IMG/VR virus record: IMGVR_UViG_3300037264_003213
Location: 1-64,000 of that record
Source: a virus
Direction: 5' to 3' (one strand)
DNA length: 64,000 bases
Made by a program: the position numbers and the translations under genes. Below the pieces are notes generated by a model. The model worked only from the letters and a program-made list of their open reading frames with translations. It was not told where the DNA came from and searched no databases. Positions 59,149-64,000 of this stretch are shown in pieces; the stretch's first letter is position 1, and every line of letters starts with the position of its first letter.

Positions 59149-60122
59149 ATTCTCTCCATTATTGTATCACATATGTAGTTAATTGCTTCATCAGTAAGAC
59201 CTGGGTAACATGGTAAACTTAACACTGTATTACACCATTTTTCCACCATAGGCAATGCCTGCTGTTCTCCCCAAGGAGCTACTTGCCTATTCAATGCCGA
59301 TGGGAAGTGAACTTTGGTTTCAATGCCTTTGGCTAGCAAGTGGGCTTTTAGTAAATCTCGTTTTTCAGTCCTTATGACAAATAGATGATTCATGCCTGGC
59401 TGATTTATTGCCAAATCGGGTAATCTATAATAATAAAGATTTGCTATTTTTCTTCTGGTTTCTAGCCAGTAGTCTAGCTGTTTTAGTTTAACTCTGAGTA
59501 TGGCTGCTTGTATTTCATCCATACGGGATGTGATTTGTCTGCCGTCATGCAAAATATCGTCACAACCTGACAAAGATTTGATGGTGGCGGCGAGAGCTAG
59601 ATCATTGGTGGTTATGGCCCCAGCATCGCCCATAGCTCCAAGTGTCTTCGTTGGATAAAAACTCCAACATGCCACAGCATGAGATGGTGGTTTCCAGCCG
59701 TGTGCATGCGCAGCATCAAATAATTTGCACCGCAATTCTTCTTTAGAAGGATTTCTGCCGTAAAGCAATACAGGCACAGATTTTAAGTTAATATTTAGTA
59801 AGTGGCCATTATCATTAATTTCTACGACTTTTACTTTCACGCCAGCTTTATGAAGTCCTACTGCGGTAAGTGGAATTGTATTTCCTTGCACTTCTGCTTC
59901 TTGCAAATTCATAGCAAGTGCAGCAAGGGTTAATGCATCTGTGCCGCTAGCGCAAGCCACACAGTATTTTTGCCCACAATAAGATGCCCATTCTTGCTCA
60001 AATAAATCTGTTTCTTGACCCCGTAAATAATGACCACTGCTAAACACTCTGTTGATAGCTTCGCGGAGGTCTAAATCTATAGGGGCAATAGCTGGCAACA
60101 AATCATTGAATCTTACATGCAT
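59145..60122 (-). CDS. DegT/DnrJ/EryC1/StrS sugar aminotransferase
   Basis: ASGTDAL, DAAHAHG, SFYPTKTLGAMGDAG, SRMDEIQAA, LSLP. Confidence 0.93.
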   Translation of the reverse strand: MHVRFNDLLPAIAPIDLDLREAINRVFSSGHYLRGQETDLFEQEWASYCGQKYCVACASGTDALTLAALAMNLQEAEVQGNTIPLTAVGLHKAGVKVKVVEINDNGHLLNINLKSVPVLLYGRNPSKEELRCKLFDAAHAHGWKPPSHAVACWSFYPTKTLGAMGDAGAITTNDLALAATIKSLSGCDDILHDGRQITSRMDEIQAAILRVKLKQLDYWLETRRKIANLYYYRLPDLAINQPGMNHLFVIRTEKRDLLKAHLLAKGIETKVHFPSALNRQVAPWGEQQALPMVEKWCNTVLSLPCYPGLTDEAINYICDTIMERI

Positions 60123-60134
60123 ACGTTATGTGAG

Positions 60135-60422
60135 TTATATAAACTTAATTTCTTCTCTTGAAAAACGTATTTCCAAGTTATGACCATCCAGCAGCACGTT
60201 CCACAATGGACACGTTTCGAACATTTTCTTAATCATTTTCGGATTATTGCTATTATCGCTCTTGTTCTTTATGGTCATTGCTTCATATTTATAGACGTGT
60301 GGGCCATATAAAACAGTCCCTTTTACGTTGTATAAGGCACCGCCTATCGAATTAACGATGACACGCTTGCCACTATCATCTTGAGTCATGGCAACCGCAT
60401 TAAACGGTATCTGCATGGACAC
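60135..60422 (-). CDS. Hypothetical protein
   Basis: 95-aa ORF leading the sugar cassette. Confidence 0.55.
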   Translation of the reverse strand: MSMQIPFNAVAMTQDDSGKRVIVNSIGGALYNVKGTVLYGPHVYKYEAMTIKNKSDNSNNPKMIKKMFETCPLWNVLLDGHNLEIRFSREEIKFI

Positions 60423-60503
60423 ATTATAGTACGAATATATTAAAAACTATAATTATTATTTTAATTCAAGCATAAATAGGGTAAGACAAGAAAAGGAGTT
60501 CAT

Positions 60504-61415
60504 ATGTCTGGCCCCCCATCATTTGACTTTGATCCACCAGCAGGTCCAGCGGGAACAATAGCTATACCTTACAGTTATAATGTAACAGGACAGTGCTTTT
60601 TTGGACTTACTAGCTTCACGGTTCTAACAGGCAGTTTACCGCCTGGAATAACCATAAGTTCATTTACCACTTCTCCTGGTGCGTGGTCTGCTACGCTTTC
60701 AGGCACTCCTCTTGGTCCAGTTGCTACATCAACTGGAACCTTTAGAGCAACTGATCCAGGTGGTAATGGGGATTCAGGAACTTTCAGTATTGCTATTGGC
60801 GATCCACACTTCATAAGTTTCCGTGGTGAAAAGTTCGACTTCCACGGAGAACCAAATAAGATTTACAACCTATACAGTGATGCAAATGTCCAGATTAATT
60901 CACTATTTGCTTCTTGGGAAACAAGCGAAGCTAGTGATTGGACTGCTATGCAAGAAATGGGTATTAAGTTCAGTAACTTAAGAATTAAAATAGATGCTTT
61001 GACTCAAACAATAACTATGAATGATATCGTTGTGAATGGGATTGATTTTAGTGGCGGTTTTATCAAGTTAGTTAACGAGATACCAGAAAAGCACCAGGCT
61101 ATAAAACAACAAGGATTTGAAGAATTTATTAGTGGTATAATTATTAGATTTTATAACTACGAATATTTCATTGCTTTTACTACCGATCACATTAATCCAG
61201 TTTGTCTTAATATAATGCAGCACATTGTTGGCGAGGTAGATGCTCATGGAGTTGTAGGACAGACGGCAATGTATAAGGGGCCACCGAGAAAATCTATGGG
61301 TCCAAATGGCGCAGGCATTATTCAAGGTTCATATAGGGATTATGAAGTATCTGATCTTTTCGATGATGACTTCAGGTTTAACAAGTGGATGCCAATAGAG
61401 AAACTATCAGCTTGA
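60504..61415 (+). CDS. Ig-like (He_PIG) + VWD-like protein with GDPH motif
   Basis: GSLPPGIT..LSGTP..FRATD, then GDPHFISFRGEKFDFHGEPNKIYNL and HGVVGQT. AAGGAG RBS; CATAAATA at 60471. Confidence 0.8.
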   Translation: MSGPPSFDFDPPAGPAGTIAIPYSYNVTGQCFFGLTSFTVLTGSLPPGITISSFTTSPGAWSATLSGTPLGPVATSTGTFRATDPGGNGDSGTFSIAIGDPHFISFRGEKFDFHGEPNKIYNLYSDANVQINSLFASWETSEASDWTAMQEMGIKFSNLRIKIDALTQTITMNDIVVNGIDFSGGFIKLVNEIPEKHQAIKQQGFEEFISGIIIRFYNYEYFIAFTTDHINPVCLNIMQHIVGEVDAHGVVGQTAMYKGPPRKSMGPNGAGIIQGSYRDYEVSDLFDDDFRFNKWMPIEKLSA

Positions 61416-61454
61416 TTACTGTCTAATTATTTACTATTTTATAGTAAATATAAT

Positions 61455-64000
61455 ATGAATTTCAAATGGTGGTTCTGTTTAGCTGAAAGCCAATTATTAA
61501 GCGAAGACTTCAAAACTCAAAGGGAGAAGTTTATAGCACAGGGTATTGCGGCTAACATAGTTGACAACTACTTAAACACCTTCAAAGAGATTAAAGACAA
61601 GAAATATAAAGAAATATTTGCCAATGTAGCTGGTGTTACAGTCCCTTCTGCCCAACGCATCAATGTAGACGCCTATACGGACTTCCATGAGCTAGAAAGG
61701 GTTGTAGATTACGTCAGGGGTCAAAGAGACTTATCTAAGGCCAAGTTTACCGATGTTACGTTCTCTGGCAAACCAATTTACACGGGCAATGGCCTGGAAA
61801 TCTATTATGCTGATTCACCAAGAGCCTGTATTCAATATAAGGGCAGTGTCCCTTATAGCTGGTGCATAGCCCGCTCCGACACTTCTAACATGTTCTACAC
61901 TTATCGCTACAAGGAACACGAACCAGCCTTTTATTTCATCAAAGACCTGGAGAAGACCAAGGCAGAATTCGGCTTGTGGAACGCCACCAAGACGGTCTTT
62001 TCGGGTAAATTCAGGGATAAGTACCACTTTTTCGTTGTTCAAGTTGTTAAGAATGCAGACCCAAACGACCCGAATAAAAAGCAGTATGTTGTAACTTCGG
62101 CTCAGAATGACGGCGATCAGCAAATGAATTGGAATGAATTGGTTGCCCTTGAGCCTAAGTTGCAGAACTTACAAAGTGTCTTGGTGAGCAAACCACTAAC
62201 CACACAAGAAAGGCAGGATTATGACAGGTTTAAAGATGGCATAAACGACGAACAATTCTCTAAACTAGATTATAGCGAAAAGAATCGCTATTTAGATATT
62301 GCGGTTCGTCTGGATCAGGCATTATCGACGCAGCAATTCCAGATGCTACCAGACGATCTCAAGAATAAGTATATAAGTTTTGGTGTCGGTTTGAACGAGG
62401 CTCAATATGGAATGATTTTGCAGAACAAGCCACTACTCAAACGTTACCAGGACATAACACTTAGGAAATTTGATGAAGCACTTAAGTCTGAACACGATAT
62501 AGGTTTTACGCCTTCAGAAATTCAAATAATTATTAGTTCGCCTGATTTTGCTGAAAAAATGCAAGCAACGGAGAATCATGATCTGGTTAGTAAGATTGTG
62601 GAGTCGTATCCTGAATCGGCAATTAAGATAGCGTCGGTGATGTTGCCAGAAACGCTTGATCCAAGGATGATTCGAACACTCATTGATCCTGTTGATGATA
62701 TAAATACCAAAGCACAAATCGGTTCAGTTATTATTGATAAGCTAGGCCAAGAGTTTAATTTGGAGGACATGGAGGCTTTATTTCAAACTGATGATGATGA
62801 TTATTACAACAGGAATTACGATCCTGCTTTTGGAGAACAACATAAATTAAAGCAGTTTTGGGAAGCGATGGGAGAAAAGCTAATCCAGGTAAAGGATTTG
62901 GATGATGATGAAGTTCACTTCTTATTGAACGCAACCAAGAGTGAGAAATTGGCCCATATGTTAGTGGCCAAACATGGCAAGAATCTATCGCATGGTGCAG
63001 TTGTTGCCATGCTTCACAATGTTAAAGGTAATGAAGCGGCGAAACTTGCGATGAGTATGAAAGATAAACTTTCGCCTGAAGAATATCAAGAAATGCTTAA
63101 GTCGCATTACACTATGTCATCTAGAAGGTCAACGGGCGGCGATGCGTCTAGAAAATCTAAAGAAAAGTTCTATGGCGCGATGGGACATCACGCAGAGGTG
63201 CTAACATATCCAGACGGCCATCGTTGGTTTGAAGGTGCAAAAGAAATGGACCCCGATAGCATCAAGAATGACCATCTATTCTATCTTTTATCTCCTTCAG
63301 GAGAAATTGAAGTTGGTTTGCAAGTCGTCAATGGAAAAGCATCAGTGATGCACGCGGAAGGGAAATCCTTGCATGATGCAATGGATAAGAACCCGAAAGC
63401 GTGGAAACCAGAAGATTTAAGTCAATATTATAAGCATCCTTCGAAGTGGAATGATTACATTGTAGATTTTATTAGTCGAAAACCAGATATTGTAAAACGA
63501 GTTCATTCAATAAGTCCTGATTGGCACCTTGGTAATTTAACTCCAGAACAAAAAGAAAAACTCTTTAGGGAACGTCCAGATGCCATGCCGAAGGTTGATT
63601 TTCAGACTTCGGAAGGTTATTCTTGGTCATATAGCGGTCACAATTATCAGTTATATGATGACCACTGGCAACCTATTCTAAATTTCGTGATAGACGACAA
63701 CGATATCAGCCGTGGTAGTTGGCACAGCCCTTCTATTTCGCAAATGTTTATTGGTAAGCAAGAAATTGATAAGCCTAAGTTCAGCAAAGCGACAGCAGAA
63801 TTGATATTGAACAAGGGCTTTGAGCATATTGACAGTAGAGAAAAGAACGATTATCAATGGAAATTTGATGATATGCTACCAGAGCATCAACAAATGGTCC
63901 TAGAGAAACACCCAGGTTTTAACGACCCATATAGTTATATCCAGAAAAAGTCTGATTCAAAGGAAAAAAGTCTTAATATGATGGGCGGCGGGATGGGGTA
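61455..64000 (+). CDS. Large hypothetical protein (about 850 aa, absent from the ORF track, runs to the window end)
   Basis: MNFKWWFCLAESQLLSEDF...YSWCIAR..MFYTY..FYFI. Frame spot-checked as open. Ends ...MMGGGMG plus a partial codon TA. Confidence 0.8.
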   Translation, partial: MNFKWWFCLAESQLLSEDFKTQREKFIAQGIAANIVDNYLNTFKEIKDKKYKEIFANVAGVTVPSAQRINVDAYTDFHELERVVDYVRGQRDLSKAKFTDVTFSGKPIYTGNGLEIYYADSPRACIQYKGSVPYSWCIARSDTSNMFYTYRYKEHEPAFYFIKDLEKTKAEFGLWNATKTVFSGKFRDKYHFFVVQVVKNADPNDPNKKQYVVTSAQNDGDQQMNWNELVALEPKLQNLQSVLVSKPLTTQERQDYDRFKDGINDEQFSKLDYSEKNRYLDIAVRLDQALSTQQFQMLPDDLKNKYISFGVGLNEAQYGMILQNKPLLKRYQDITLRKFDEALKSEHDIGFTPSEIQIIISSPDFAEKMQATENHDLVSKIVESYPESAIKIASVMLPETLDPRMIRTLIDPVDDINTKAQIGSVIIDKLGQEFNLEDMEALFQTDDDDYYNRNYDPAFGEQHKLKQFWEAMGEKLIQVKDLDDDEVHFLLNATKSEKLAHMLVAKHGKNLSHGAVVAMLHNVKGNEAAKLAMSMKDKLSPEEYQEMLKSHYTMSSRRSTGGDASRKSKEKFYGAMGHHAEVLTYPDGHRWFEGAKEMDPDSIKNDHLFYLLSPSGEIEVGLQVVNGKASVMHAEGKSLHDAMDKNPKAWKPEDLSQYYKHPSKWNDYIVDFISRKPDIVKRVHSISPDWHLGNLTPEQKEKLFRERPDAMPKVDFQTSEGYSWSYSGHNYQLYDDHWQPILNFVIDDNDISRGSWHSPSISQMFIGKQEIDKPKFSKATAELILNKGFEHIDSREKNDYQWKFDDMLPEHQQMVLEKHPGFNDPYSYIQKKSDSKEKSLNMMGGGMG

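Overview
A 64 kb, AT-rich, densely coding segment of a large T4-like (myovirus) phage genome in the standard genetic code. No rRNA, tRNA or CRISPR array was found. From left to right: a baseplate module (tube initiator, gp53/LysM, hub, gp5-like OB-fold spike, gp25, gp6/J, wedge, collar); three tandem PKD proteins sharing an N-terminal module, the third a 1382-aa protein with about 800 aa of Cys/Pro/Phe 11-13-residue repeats; a mixed accessory region (glycosyltransferases, two sulfotransferase-like proteins, actin-like ATPase, GlpX FBPase, primase, Cas4-like exonuclease, polyacidic protein, zinc metalloprotease, CYTH, ferritin-like); the head module (terminase, Acb1/gp57B-like 2H phosphoesterase, intein-containing portal, prohead core, gp21 protease, scaffold, gp23 major capsid); an amino-sugar cassette; an Ig-VWD (GDPH) protein; and a large ORF missed by the track that runs off the right end. 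Four free-standing endonuclease genes of different families are present. The strongest candidates for new biology are the Cys-rich combinatorial repeat fibre with its adjacent Maf-like transferase and dispersed glycosylation/sulfation set, a family of apparently leaderless late genes with T4-like capsid-targeting N-termini, the actin-like ATPase, and a small protein carrying a copy of the terminase C-terminal peptide. All assignments come from motif recognition by eye; no searches were run.
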